The notes under the pieces were generated by a model that did not search any database, was not told where the DNA came from, and saw only the letters and a program-made list of their open reading frames with translations. Below, piece by piece: positions 1-16,451 of a DNA stretch of 64,000 nt. The stretch's first letter is position 1, and the number at the start of each line of letters is the position of its first letter. This DNA comes from Eledone cirrhosa (lineage: Eukaryota). The position numbers and the translations under genes were made by a program. The stretch covers positions 1 through 64,000 of the forward strand of contig CAXHJY010000547.1 of the NCBI GenBank assembly GCA_964016885.1, given 5' to 3'.

Positions 1-215
1 GTGAAGGCGTGTGGCTGAGTGGTTAGACATTCGCAATTGTGAGGTTGCGAGTTCGATTCCTGGACCGGGCGATGCGTTATGTCCTTGAGCAAGACACTTT
101 ATTTCACGTTGCTCCTTTTACCTGGAGTTGCGACGATAGATGGTATTAGCAATTGGAAAGACCAATGGAAACACTGTTTCCTCGATCCGATTTGACAAAG
201 TCAATCGATTTTCTC
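1..215 (+). mobile_element. tRNA-derived SINE head with CORE-like motif and atypical hairpin tail (copy 1)
   Basis: Pol III A box TGGCTGAGTGG (12-22), B box GTTCGATTC (51-59), then GTCCTTGAGCAAGACACTT resembling the CORE-SINE motif. Confidence 0.8.
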
Positions 216-217
216 TA

Positions 218-250
<33 letters not shown>

Positions 251-367
251 GAATATATATATATGTATATATATACATATATATATATATATATGTATGT
301 ATGTATGTATATATGTGTGTATGTATGTATGTATATATATGTATATATATGTATGTATATATGTATG

Positions 368-400
<33 letters not shown>

Positions 401-635
401 GTATGTATATATGTATATATATGTATATATATATGTATATATATATTATATATATGTATATAGTAATATGTATATAGTATATTTATGTATATATGTATGT
501 ATGTATGTATGTATATATATGTATGTATGTATATATGTATAATATATATATATGTATATATATATGTATATATGTATATAATATATGTATATATGTATAT
601 ATATATATGTATATATGTATATATGTATATATGTA

Positions 636-666
<31 letters not shown>

Positions 667-838
667 ATATAATATATGTATATATGTATATATATATATG
701 TATATATGTATATATATATATGTATATATGTATATATATAGTATATATGTATAAATGTAAATATATATATGTATATATGTATATGTTATATATGTATATA
801 TGTGTATATATGTATATATATATATTATATATATATAT

Positions 839-1370
839 GGCTGGTATGGACATGTGATGCGTATGAAGGATGACAGCTGCATAAAAAGGTGCAGAGCACT
901 AGAAGTTGATGGAAACCGCGGAGTGGGGAGACCCAAGATGACTTGGGATGAGGTGATAAAAGCCGACTTACCCAACTACACCTCTCAAAGTCAATGACAC
1001 ACGACCGTGACTTCTGGCGTCACGCAGTAATACAGGGTACCCGACCTCCCATGGGTACATGCTGAAGCATATAAACAATATGCCCCCCCCCCCCCACCGC
1101 AAGGTGGTCGTGTAGGCGCCACGGCAAAAAAGCACCCAGCCCACACTGTAAAGTGGACGTGTAGGCGCCACGAAAAAGCACCCAGCACTCACTGTAAATG
1201 AGGTTGGTGTTAGGAAGGGCATCCAGCTGTAGAAATCAAGCCAGATCAGTTCCTGTATGAGCAAGGCATGGTCAGCCGACCAGACACTGCCCACAACAGG
1301 ACAACCCGTCTAACCCATGCTAGCGTGGAAGAACGGACGTAAAACGGTGATGATGATGATGATGATGATG
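839..1370 (+). mobile_element. 5'-truncated RTE LINE 3' end (subfamily A2) with (GAT)n tail
   Basis: Encodes [17 protein letters not shown]...GRPKMTW, homologous to the C-terminus of the 22507-25482 ORF, followed by 3'UTR and (GAT)n. Confidence 0.93.
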
Positions 1371-2094
1371 TATATATATATATTAGTATATATATATATG
1401 TATATTATATATATGTATATTTATATATATATGTATATATGTATATTTATATATATATGTATATATATATATGTATATTTATATATATATGTATATTTAT
1501 ATGTATATGTATATATGTGTATATATATATGTGTATATATGTATATATATATATGTATATTTATATATATATGTATATATATATATATGTATATATATAT
1601 ATGTGTATATATGTATATATATATATGTATATTTATATATATATATGTATATTTATATATATATGTATATTTATATATATATGTATATATATATATATGT
1701 ATATGTGTATATATGTACTATATATATATGTATATTTATATATATCATGTATATTTATATATATATATATATATATATGTATATGTATATATGTGTATAT
1801 ATATATGTATATGTATATATGTATATGTATATATGTATATGTATATTTATATATGTGTATATATATATGTATATATGTATATATATATGTATATATATAT
1901 ATGTATATATATATATATGTATGTATATGTATATATGTATATATATATATACTATATATGTATATATATATATGTATATATATATGTGTATATACATATA
2001 TATGTATATATGTATATATGTGTATATGTATATGTATGTGTATATGTATATATGGCTATATGTATATATGTTGTATATGTATTATGTATAATAT

Positions 2095-2403
2095 GTGTCA
2101 CGTGATTGATTTCTTTAGAATCGGCCATATGATCAGTGGCAGTGAGAATTTTCAGTACTGGAATTCAGTCTCGATAGCTGTTCCATTTACCGAATTATTA
2201 TTATTTTTATATGAGTCCCCAGTGTCCGCGCATTGCCTGGAGACCTGGCTGAGAATGACCTCCTGATGACGCAATGAAATTCTCAACAGTTCATTACGTA
2301 ACTGTCTTTATCCCATTGCAGAAACTAATTAGTTGGAGTGAAAATTTAAGTAAGTTAATTTTTTATTTTTTTATTTTTTTGATTTTTTCTTATTTCACGT
2401 CTT
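2095..2403 (+). mobile_element. Non-coding PLE-type element fragment carrying a hammerhead motif (copy 1)
   Basis: CTGATGA (2263-2269) ... GAAAC-TAATTA-GTT-GGAG (2321-2338); homologous to 52768-53619. Confidence 0.75.
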
Positions 2404-2433
2404 TTTTATATATATATTATGTATATATATATG

Positions 2434-2466
<33 letters not shown>

Positions 2467-2774
2467 GTATATATATATATTGTATATATATATATGTATA
2501 TACTATATATTAATGTATATATATATATATGTATAAGTATATTATATATAGGTATATATATGTATATTATATATATGTATATGTCATATTATATGTATAT
2601 GTATATGTATATATATGTATATATATGTATATAAATATATATGTATATATTATATATGTATATATATATATATATATGTATATATAATGTATATATATAT
2701 ATGTTAATATAAATATATATGATATAATATATTTATATATATATTTATATATATATATGTATATATATTATATG

Positions 2775-2806
<32 letters not shown>

Positions 2807-2964
2807 CGTATATATATAATATGTATATATAAGTATATATGTATATATATGTATATATGTATATATATGTATATATATGTATATATATGTATATATATGT
2901 ATATATATGTATATATATATATATATGTGTATATATTATATATATGTGTATATATATATGTATA

Positions 2965-3246
2965 TCATCATCATCACTCATCATCATCATCAGGTTTAGC
3001 GTCCGTGTTCCACGCTTGCATGGGTTGGGACGGGGGTTTTCCCACTTGAGGCAAGAGTGGTTGTCTTGCTCGCATAGGCGGGTTTTCTACAGCTGGATGC
3101 CCTTCCTAACACCAACCACATTTACAGTGTGGGGCTGGGAGGTTTTTAACGTGTTGCCTACACGGCCACATTTACAGCGTGGACTGTGTGTTTTTTGTCG
3201 TGACACCTACACGATCTCATTTGTTTCGGCCTGGATGTTGGACCAA
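2965..3246 (-). mobile_element. RTE subfamily A1 3'UTR fragment (also at 7789-8072 and 12454-12737)
   Basis: (CAT)n on the plus strand followed by sequence matching 22109-22390. Confidence 0.9.
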
Positions 3247-3260
3247 TATATGTATATATG

Positions 3261-3313
<53 letters not shown>

Positions 3314-3712
3314 GTATGTATATATATGTATACTATATATGTATGTATATATATGTATATATATATACATATATATCATACAATATATATATATATATGT
3401 ATATATATATATGTATGTATATATATGTATATGTATATATATGTATGTATATATATGTATATATATATGTATGTATATATATGTATATATATATGTATAT
3501 ATATATATGTATATATATATGTATGTATATATATGTATATTATATATGTATATATATGTATATATATATATGTATATATATATATGTATATATATGTATA
3601 TATATATATATGTATATATATGTATATATATATATGTATAATATATGTTATATATTGTATATATATATGTATATATAATATATATGTATATATATATATA
3701 TAAGTATATAAA

Positions 3713-4062
3713 TCATCATCATTCATCATCATTTCATTTTACGTCCGCTTTTCCCTGCTTGCAAGGGTGGACGGGAACTGATTCTGGCTTTGATTTCTAC
3801 AGCTGGATGCCCTTCCTAACACCAACCTCATTTACAGTGAGTGCTGGGTGCTTTTTTGCCGTGGCACCTCCACGACCACTTTGCAGTGGAATGATATGGA
3901 TCCCAGTCCCTATCATCTCATTTCTACAGCTGAGTAAACTGGAGCAATGTGAAATAAAGTGTCTTGCTCAAGGAAACAACACATCACCCGGTCTGAGAAT
4001 TGAACTCACACACCTTTCGATTGCAAGGCCAATGCTCTAAACCACTAAGCCATGTGCCTTCA
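3713..4062 (-). mobile_element. Full-length tRNA-derived SINE with RTE-derived body and tail
   Basis: On the minus strand: A box TGGCTTAGTGG, B box GTTCAATTC, CORE-like CCTTGAGCAAGACACTT, a segment shared with the RTE-A2 3'UTR, and terminus CCCTTGCAAGCAGGGAAAAGCGGACGTAAAATG(ATG)n shared with RTE-B. Confidence 0.88.
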
Positions 4063-4320
4063 TATATATATGTATATATATATGTATATATGTGTATATA
4101 TATATGTATTATATATATGTGTATATATATATGTATATATATATATGTATATATATATGTATATATATGTGTATATATATATGTATATATATGTGTATAT
4201 ATATATGTATATATATGTATATATATATAGGTATATAATATATATATGTATGTATATATGTATGTATATATATATATGTATATATATATATGTATATATA
4301 TATATGTATATATATGTATG

Positions 4321-4391
<71 letters not shown>

Positions 4392-4750
4392 GTATATATA
4401 TATATGTATATATATGTATGTATATATAGTATGTAGTATATATGTATGTATATATATATGTATATATATGTATGTATATATTATGTATATATATGTATGT
4501 ATATATATATGTATATATATGTATGTATATATATATGTATATATATGTATGTATATATATATGTATATATATGTATGTATATATATATGTATATATATGT
4601 ATGTATATATATATGTATATATATGTATGTATATATATATGTATATATAATGTATGTATATATATATGTATGTATGTATATATATATATATGTATGTAGA
4701 TATATATATTTAATATGTATGTATATATATATATATGTATGTAGATATAT

Positions 4751-4784
<34 letters not shown>

Positions 4785-4792
4785 GTATATAT

Positions 4793-5236
4793 AGGAGCTC
4801 TTAAGAGTCAATGGCCATCCAAAATCAACGGGAGAGATGACCCCTTAGCCTTTGTCAAGGCAGAATTCTAGAAGGAAATCTCTGATATAACACCTGCAAA
4901 CCCTGATGGTATCCAATGATGTTGACTTGTTCTTCTTTTTGGTAAATATCATCTTGGTTAAGAGAGTGGGACTGGCTTTGTGCAGTGCCTTTGCTCACTA
5001 TAAAAGCTTCACGGCACAGGCATTGCTTTATATCTGGAGATCTCTCTGCGCTTGTCGTCACATATTACCATGGGCCCAGCACTATGTGTCAATAATTGTC
5101 ACAGGTGTAGTGTTTGTACCAGAGTTTTCAACTCGCTGGCTGGACTAAAAAGTCACACTCGTTCAGCGCATCAGTAGGAGTTCTCCTACATGGATATACA
5201 GTAGTGGCTGTACTCGAAAACGAGTTGGCAGCCACC
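4793..5236 (+). mobile_element. Unclassified non-coding interspersed element X (truncated; other copies 9586-10028, 15417-15825, 55861-56464)
   Basis: Four near-identical copies share the right end GAGTTGGCAGCCACC and have variable left ends, all within (TA)n. Orientation is inferred from the truncation pattern. Confidence 0.7.
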
Positions 5237-5296
5237 ATGTATATGTATATATATATATATATATATGTATGTATATATATATGTATATATATATAT

Positions 5297-5512
5297 GTGA
5301 AGGCGTGTGGCTGAGTGGTTAGACATTCGCAATTGTGAGGTTGCGAGTTCGATTCCTGGACCGGGCGATGCGTTATGTCCTTGAGCAAGACACTTATTTC
5401 ACGTTGCTCCTTTTACCTGGAGTTGCGACCGATAGATGGTATTAGCAATTGGAAAGACCAATGGAAACACTGTTTCCTCGATCCGATTTGACAAAAGTCA
5501 ATCGATTTTCTC
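5297..5512 (+). mobile_element. SINE head, copy 2 (copy 3 at 10091-10307)
   Basis: Near-identical to 1-215. Confidence 0.8.
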
Positions 5513-5514
5513 TA

Positions 5515-5547
<33 letters not shown>

Positions 5548-5672
5548 GAATATATATATATGTATATATATACATATATATATATATATATGTATGTATG
5601 TATGTATATATGTGTGTATGTATGTATGTATATATGTATATATGTATGTATATATGTATGTATATATGTATG

Positions 5673-5705
<33 letters not shown>

Positions 5706-6611
5706 GTATGTATATATGTATATATATATATGTATATATATATGTATATATATATATATGTATATATATATGTATATATGTATATATATATGTATATATG
5801 TATGTATGTATATATGTATGTATGTATATAATGTATATATATATATATGTATATATATATGTATATATGTATATATATATGTATATATGTATATATATAT
5901 ATGTATATATGTATATATTATATATGTATTATATATATATATGTATTATATGTATATTATATATATATATAGTATGTATATATGTATATATATATATGTA
6001 TATATGTATATATATATATATGTATATATGTATATGTATATATATGTATATATGTGTATATATGTATATATATATATTATATATATATATGTATATATAT
6101 ATATTAGTATATATATATATGTATATATATATATGTATATTTATATATATATGTATATATGTATATTTATATATATATGTATATATATATATGTATATTT
6201 ATATATATATGTATATTTATATGTATATGTATATATGTGTATATATATATGTGTATATATGTATATATATATATGTATATTTATATATATATGTATATAT
6301 ATATATATGTATATATATATGTGTATATATGTATATATATATATGTATATTTATATATATATGTATATTTATATATATATGTATATTTATATATATATGT
6401 ATATATATATATATGTATATGTGTATATATGTATATATATATATGTATATTTATATATATATGTATATTTATATATATATATATATATATGTATATGTAT
6501 ATATGTGTATATATATATATGTATATGTATATATGTATATGTATATATGTATATATGTATATGTATATTTATATATGTGTATATATATATGTATATATGT
6601 ATATATATATG

Positions 6612-6644
<33 letters not shown>

Positions 6645-6649
6645 GTATG

Positions 6650-6698
<49 letters not shown>

Positions 6699-6974
6699 GT
6701 ATATATATATATGTATATACATATATATGTATATATGTATATATATGTGTATATGTATATATGTGTATATGTATATATGTGTATATGTATATGTATATAT
6801 GTATATATGTGTCACGTGATTGATTCTTTAGAATCGGCCATATGATCAGTGGCAGTGAGAATTTTCAGTACCTGGAATTCAGTCCTCGATAGCTGTTCCA
6901 TTTACCGAATTATTATTATTTTTATATGAGTCCCCAGTGTCCGCGCATTGCCTGGAGACCTGGCTGAGAATGAC

Positions 6975-7054
6975 CTCCCTGATGACGCAATGAAATTCTC
7001 AACAGTTCATTACGTAACTGTCTTTATCCCATTGCAGAAACTAATTAGTTGGAG
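6975..7054 (+). ncRNA. Type I hammerhead ribozyme motif, family H1
   Basis: Stem I CTCC/GGAG; core CTGATGA; stem II GCAATG/CATTGC with inner hairpin; GAAA; minimal stem III AC-TAATTA-GT with palindromic loop; GUU triplet. Confidence 0.78.
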
Positions 7055-7134
7055 TGAAAATTTAAGTAAGTTAATTTTTTATTTTTTTATTTTTTTTATT
7101 TTTTCTTATTTCACGTCTTTTATATATATATATG

Positions 7135-7181
<47 letters not shown>

Positions 7182-7226
7182 GTATATATATATATGTATA
7201 TATATATATATGTATATATATATATG

Positions 7227-7275
<49 letters not shown>

Positions 7276-7350
7276 GTATATATATGTATATGTATATATA
7301 TGTATATGTATATATATGTATATGTATATGTATATATATGTATATATATG

Positions 7351-7413
<63 letters not shown>

Positions 7414-7414
7414 G

Positions 7415-7525
<111 letters not shown>

Positions 7526-7526
7526 G

Positions 7527-7638
<112 letters not shown>

Positions 7639-8086
7639 CGTATATATATATATATGTATATATATGTATATATGTATATATATGTATATATGTATATATA
7701 TGTATATATATGTATATATATATATATATGTGTATATATATATATATATGTGTATATATATATATATATGTGTATATATATATGTATATCATCATCATCA
7801 TCATCATCAGGTTTAGCGTCCGTGTTCCACGCTTGCATGGGTTTGGACGGGGGTTTTCCCACTTGAGGCAAGAGTGGTTGTCTTGCTCGCATAGGACTGT
7901 CTGGCGGGTTTTCTACAGCTGGATGCCCTTCCTAACACCAACCACATTTACAGTGTGGGGCTGGGAGGTTTTTAACGTGTTGCCTACACGGCCACATTTA
8001 CAGCGTGGACTGTGTGTTTTTTGTCGTGACACCTACACGATCTCATTTGTTTCGGCCTGGATGTTGGACCAATATATGTATATATG

Positions 8087-8137
<51 letters not shown>

Positions 8138-8498
8138 GTATGTATATATATGTATATATGTATGTATATATATGTATATATATATATGTATATATATATG
8201 TATATATATATATGTATATATATATGTATATATATATATGTATGTATATATATGTATATGTATATATATATGTATGTATATATATGTATATATATATGTA
8301 TGTATATATATGTATATATATATGTATATATATATATGTATATATATATATGTATATATATATGTATGTATATATATGTATATATATATATGTATATATA
8401 TATATGTATATATATATGTATATATATATATATGTATATATATATGTATATATATATATGTATATATATATGTGTATATATATGTGTATATATATATG

Positions 8499-8545
<47 letters not shown>

Positions 8546-8782
8546 GTATATATATATGTATATATGTGTATATATATATGTATATATATATGTGTATATA
8601 TATATGTATATATATATATGTATATATATATGTATATATATGTGTATATATATATGTATATATATGTATATATATATAGGTATATATATATATATATGTA
8701 TGTATATATGTATGTATATATATATATGTATATATATATATGTATATATATGTATGTATATATATATGTATATATATGTATG

Positions 8783-8825
<43 letters not shown>

Positions 8826-8830
8826 GTATG

Positions 8831-8863
<33 letters not shown>

Positions 8864-8970
8864 GTATATATATATATGTATATATATGTATGTATATATA
8901 TATGTATATATATGTATGTATATATATATGTATATATATGTATGTATATATATATGTATATATATGTATG

Positions 8971-9006
<36 letters not shown>

Positions 9007-9543
9007 TGTATATATATGTATGTATATATGTATGTATATATATATGTATATATATGTATGTATATATATATGTATATATATGTATGTATATATATATGTA
9101 TATATATGTATGTATATATATATGTATATATATGTATGTATATATATATGTATATATATGTATGTATATATATATGTATATATATGTATGTATATATATA
9201 TGTATATATATGTATGTATATATATATGTATATATATGTATGTATATATATATGTATATATATGTATGTATATATATATGTATATATATGTATGTATATA
9301 TATATGTATATATATGTATGTATATATATATGTATATATATGTATGTATATATATATGTATATATATGTATGTATATATATATGTATATATATGTATGTA
9401 TATATATATGTATATATATGTATGTATATATATATGTATATATATGTATGTATATATATATGTATGTATGTATATATATATATATGTATGTAGATATATA
9501 TATTTATATGTATGTATATATATATATATGTATGTAGATATAT

Positions 9544-9577
<34 letters not shown>

Positions 9578-10037
9578 GTATATATAGGAGCTCTTAAGAG
9601 TCAATGGCCATCCAAAATCAACGGGAGAGATGACCCCTTAGCCTTTGTCAAGGCAGAATTCTAGAAGGAAATCTCTGATATAACACCTGCAACCCTGATG
9701 GTATCCAATGATGTTGACTTGTTCTTCTTTTTGGTAAATATCATCTTGGTTAAGAGAGTGGGACTGGCTTTGTGCAGTGCCTTTGCTCACTATAAAAGCT
9801 TCACGGCACAGGCATTGCTTTATATCTGGAGATCTCTCTGCACTTGTCGTCACATATTACCATGGGCCCAGCACTATGTGTCAATAATTGTCACAGGTGT
9901 AGTGTTTGTACCAGAGTTTTCAACTCGCTGGCTGGACTAAAAAGTCACACTCGTTCAGCGCATCAGTAGGAGTTCTCCTACATGGATATAAAGTAGTGGC
10001 TGTACTCGAAAACGAGTTGGCAGCCACCATGTATATG

Positions 10038-10068
<31 letters not shown>

Positions 10069-10309
10069 ATATATATGTATATATATATATGTGAAGGCGT
10101 GTGGCTGAGTGGTTAGACATTCGCAATTGTGAGGTTGCGAGTTCGATTCCTGGACCGGGCGATGCGTTATGTCCTTGAGCAAGACACTTTATTTCACGTT
10201 GCTCCTTTTACCTGGAGTTGCGACCGATAGATGGTATTAGCAATTGGAAAGACCAATGGAAACACTGTTTCCTCGATCCGATTTGACAAAAGTCAATCGA
10301 TTTTCTCTA

Positions 10310-10342
<33 letters not shown>

Positions 10343-10467
10343 GAATATATATATATGTATATATATACATATATATATATATATATGTATGTATGTATGT
10401 ATATATGTGTGTATGTATGTATGTATATATGTATATATGTATGTATATATGTATGTATATATGTATG

Positions 10468-10500
<33 letters not shown>

Positions 10501-11402
10501 GTATGTATATATGTATATATATATATATGTATATATATATGTATATATATATATATGTATATATATATGTATATATGTATATATATATGTATATATGTAT
10601 GTATGTATATATGTATGTATGTATATATGTATATATATATATATGTATATATATATGTATATATGTATATATATATGTATATATGTATATATATATGTAT
10701 ATATGTATATATATATATGTATATATATATATATGTATATATGTATATATATATATATATGTATATATGTATATATATATATATATGTATATATGTATAT
10801 ATATATATATGTATATATGTATATGTATATATATGTATATATGTGTATATATGTATATATATATATTATATATATATATGTATATATATATATTAGTATA
10901 TATATATATGTATATATATATATGTATATTTATATATATATGTATATATGTATATTTATATATATATGTATATATATATATGTATATTTATATATATATG
11001 TATATTTATATGTATATGTATATATGTGTATATATATATGTGTATATATGTATATATATATATGTATATTTATATATATATGTATATATATATATATGTA
11101 TATATATATATGTGTATATATGTATATATATATATGTATATTTATATATATATGTATATTTATATATATATGTATATTTATATATATATGTATATATATA
11201 TATATGTATATGTGTATATATGTATATATATATATGTATATTTATATATATATGTATATTTATATATATATATATATATATGTATATGTATATATGTGTA
11301 TATATATATATGTATATGTATATATGTATATGTATATATGTATATATGTATATGTATATTTATATATGTGTATATATATATGTATATATGTATATATATA
11401 TG

Positions 11403-11435
<33 letters not shown>

Positions 11436-11440
11436 GTATG

Positions 11441-11489
<49 letters not shown>

Positions 11490-11781
11490 GTATATATATA
11501 TGTGTATATACATATATATGTATATATGTATATATGTGTATATGTATATGTATGTGTATATGTATATATGTGTATATGTATATATGTGTATATGTATATG
11601 TATATATGTATATATGTGTCACGTGATTGATTCTTTAGAATCGGCCATATGATCAGTGGCAGTGAGAATTTTCAGTACCTGGAATTCAGTCCTCGATAGC
11701 TGTTCCATTTACCGAATTATTATTATTTTTATATGAGTCCCCAGTGTCCGCGCATTGCCTGGAGACCTGGCTGAGAATGAC

Positions 11782-11861
11782 CTCCCTGATGACGCAATGA
11801 AATTCTCAACAGTTCATTACGTAACTGTCTTTATCCCATTGCAGAAACTAATTAGTTGGAG
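11782..11861 (+). ncRNA. Type I hammerhead ribozyme motif, family H1 (third repeat unit)
   Basis: Identical to 6975-7054. Confidence 0.78.
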
Positions 11862-11941
11862 TGAAAATTTAAGTAAGTTAATTTTTTATTTTTTTATTTT
11901 TTTTATTTTTTCTTATTTCACGTCTTTTATATATATATATG

Positions 11942-11988
<47 letters not shown>

Positions 11989-12003
11989 GTATATATATAT
12001 ATG

Positions 12004-12052
<49 letters not shown>

Positions 12053-12127
12053 GTATATATATGTATATGTATATATATGTATATGTATATATATGTATAT
12101 GTATATGTATATATATGTATATATATG

Positions 12128-12190
<63 letters not shown>

Positions 12191-12191
12191 G

Positions 12192-12303
<112 letters not shown>

Positions 12304-12751
12304 CGTATATATATATATATGTATATATATGTATATATGTATATATATGTATATATGTATATATATGTATATATATGTATATATATATATATATGTGTAT
12401 ATATATATATATATGTGTATATATATATATATATGTGTATATATATATGTATATCATCATCATCATCATCATCAGGTTTAGCGTCCGTGTTCCACGCTTG
12501 CATGGGTTTGGACGGGGGTTTTCCCACTTGAGGCAAGAGTGGTTGTCTTGCTCGCATAGGACTGTCTGGCGGGTTTTCTACAGCTGGATGCCCTTCCTAA
12601 CACCAACCACATTTACAGTGTGGGGCTGGGAGGTTTTTAACGTGTTGCCTACACGGCCACATTTACAGCGTGGACTGTGTGTTTTTTGTCGTGACACCTA
12701 CACGATCTCATTTGTTTCGGCCTGGATGTTGGACCAATATATGTATATATG

Positions 12752-12802
<51 letters not shown>

Positions 12803-13163
12803 GTATGTATATATATGTATATATGTATGTATATATATGTATATATATATATGTATATATATATGTATATATATATATGTATATATATATGTATATATAT
12901 ATATGTATGTATATATATGTATATGTATATATATATGTATGTATATATATGTATATATATATGTATGTATATATATGTATATATATATGTATATATATAT
13001 ATGTATATATATATATGTATATATATATGTATGTATATATATGTATATATATATATGTATATATATATATGTATATATATATGTATATATATATATATGT
13101 ATATATATATGTATATATATATATGTATATATATATGTGTATATATATGTGTATATATATATG

Positions 13164-13210
<47 letters not shown>

Positions 13211-13447
13211 GTATATATATATGTATATATGTGTATATATATATGTATATATATATGTGTATATATATATGTATATATATATATGTATATATATATGTAT
13301 ATATATGTGTATATATATATGTATATATATGTATATATATATAGGTATATATATATATATATGTATGTATATATGTATGTATATATATATATGTATATAT
13401 ATATATGTATATATATGTATGTATATATATATGTATATATATGTATG

Positions 13448-13490
<43 letters not shown>

Positions 13491-13495
13491 GTATG

Positions 13496-13528
<33 letters not shown>

Positions 13529-14033
13529 GTATATATATATATGTATATATATGTATGTATATATATATGTATATATATGTATGTATATATATATGTATAT
13601 ATATGTATGTATATATATATGTATATATATGTATGTATATATATATGTATATATATGTATGTATATATATATGTATATATATGTATGTATATATATATGT
13701 ATATATATGTATGTATATATATATGTATATATATGTATGTATATATATATGTATATATATGTATGTATATATATATGTATATATATGTATGTATATATAT
13801 ATGTATATATATGTATGTATATATATATGTATATATATGTATGTATATATATATGTATATATATGTATGTATATATATATGTATATATATGTATGTATAT
13901 ATATATGTATATATATGTATGTATATATATATGTATATATATGTATGTATATATATATGTATATATATGTATGTATATATATATGTATATATATGTATAT
14001 ATGTATATATGTATATATATGTATGTATACATA

Positions 14034-14438
14034 TAAAAGCCGACCTTGCCCAACTACACCTCTCAAAGACAATGATGACACACGACTGTGACTTCTGGCG
14101 TCACGCAGTAATACAGGGTACCCGACCTGCCATGGGTACATGCTGAAGCATATAAACAATATGCCCCCACTCCCCCCACCACAAGGTGGTCGTGGAGATG
14201 CCACGGCACCCAGCCCACACTGTAAAGTGGAAGTGTAGGCGCCACGAAAAAGCACCCAACACTCACTGTAAATGAGGTTGGTTTTTAGGAAGGGCATCCA
14301 GCTGTAGAAATCAAGCCAGATCAGTTCCTGTATGAGCAAGACATGGTCAGCCGACCAGAGACTGCCCACAACAGGACAACCCGTCTAACCCATGCTAGCG
14401 TGGAAGAACGGACGTAAAACGGTGATGATGATAATGAT
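14034..14438 (+). mobile_element. 5'-truncated RTE A2 3' end
   Basis: [13 protein letters not shown]...DFWRHAV plus a 3'UTR similar to 960-1370 and a (GAT)n tail. Confidence 0.9.
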
Positions 14439-14703
14439 ATATATATATGTATATATATGTATGTATATATATATGTATATATATGTATGTATATATATAT
14501 GTATATATATGTATGTATATATATATGTATATATATGTATGTATATATATATATATGTATATATATGTATGTATATATATATGTATATATATATGTATAT
14601 ATATATATGTATATATATATGTATATATATGTATGTATATATATATGTATATATATGTATATATATGTATATGTATATATATGTATGTATATATATATGT
14701 ACT

Positions 14704-14737
<34 letters not shown>

Positions 14738-14769
14738 TGTATATATATGTATGTATATATATATGTACT

Positions 14770-14817
<48 letters not shown>

Positions 14818-15171
14818 TATATGTATATATATGTATGTATATGTATGTATATATATATGTATGTATATGTATGTATATATATATATGTATATATATATAT
14901 GTATATATATATATGTATATGTATATATATATATGTATATGTATGTATATATATATATATGTATATATGTATATATATGTATATGTATGTATATATATAT
15001 ATATGTATATATGTATATATATGTATGTATATATATATATATGTATAAGTATGTATATATATATATGTATATATATATATGTATATGTATGTATATATGT
15101 ATATGTATGTATATATATATATGTATATGTATGTATATATATATATGTATATGTATGTATATATATATATG

Positions 15172-15205
<34 letters not shown>

Positions 15206-15912
15206 TATGTATGTATATATGTATGTATATATATATATGTATATATATGTATGTATATATGTATGTATGTATATATGTATGTATATATATGTGTGTATAT
15301 ATATATATGTATATATATATGTATGTATATATGTATGTATATATATATATATGTATATATGTATGTATATATATATATATGTATATATATGTATGTATGT
15401 ATGTATATATATATATGGGAGAGATGACCCCTTAGCCTTTGTCAAGGCAGAATTCTAGGAGAAGGAAAACTCTGATATAACACCTGCAACCCTGATGGTA
15501 TCCAATGATGTTGACTTGTTCTTCTTTTTGGTAAATATCATCTTGGTTAAGAGAGTGGGACTGGCTTTGTGCAGTGCCTTTGCTCACTATAAAAGCTTCA
15601 CGGCACAGGCATTGCTTTGTATCTGGAGATCTCTCTGCACTTGTCGTCACATATTACCATGGGCCCAGCACTATGTGTCAATAATTGTCACAGGTGTAGT
15701 GTTTGTACCAGAGTTTTCAAGTCGCTGGCTGGACTAAAAAGTCACACTCGTTCAGCGCATCGGTAGGGGTTCTCCTACATGGATATAAAGTAGTGGCCGT
15801 ACTCGAAAACGAGTTGGCAGCCACCATATATATGTATATATATGTATGTATATATATATATGTATATATATGTATGTATATATATATATGTATATATATG
15901 TATGTATATATG

Positions 15913-15943
<31 letters not shown>

Positions 15944-15984
15944 GTATATATGTATATATATATGTATGTATATATATATGTATG

Positions 15985-16016
<32 letters not shown>

Positions 16017-16322
16017 TATATATATATGTATGTATATATGTATATATATGTATGTATATATGTATATATATGTATGTATATACATATATATATGTATGTA
16101 TGTATATATATATATGTATGTATATATATATATGTATGTATATATGTATATATATGTATATGTATGTATATATGTATATATATATATGTATGTATATATG
16201 TATATATATGTATATGTATGTATATATGTATATATATGTATATGTATGTATATATGTATATATATGTATGTATATATATATATATGTATATATATGTATG
16301 TATATATATATATATATATATG

Positions 16323-16365
<43 letters not shown>

Positions 16366-16418
16366 ATATATATATATATATATGTATGTGTATATATATA
16401 TATATGTATGTAGATATG

Positions 16419-16451
<33 letters not shown>

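Noticed and set aside
1-70. tRNA gene
   Set aside because: A and B boxes are present but the cloverleaf is incomplete and runs into a SINE body.
4906-5148. Recurring 80-aa hydrophobic ORF in element X
   Set aside because: Conserved only because the copies are near-identical; no known motif, and the ATG is ATA in the 56135 copy.
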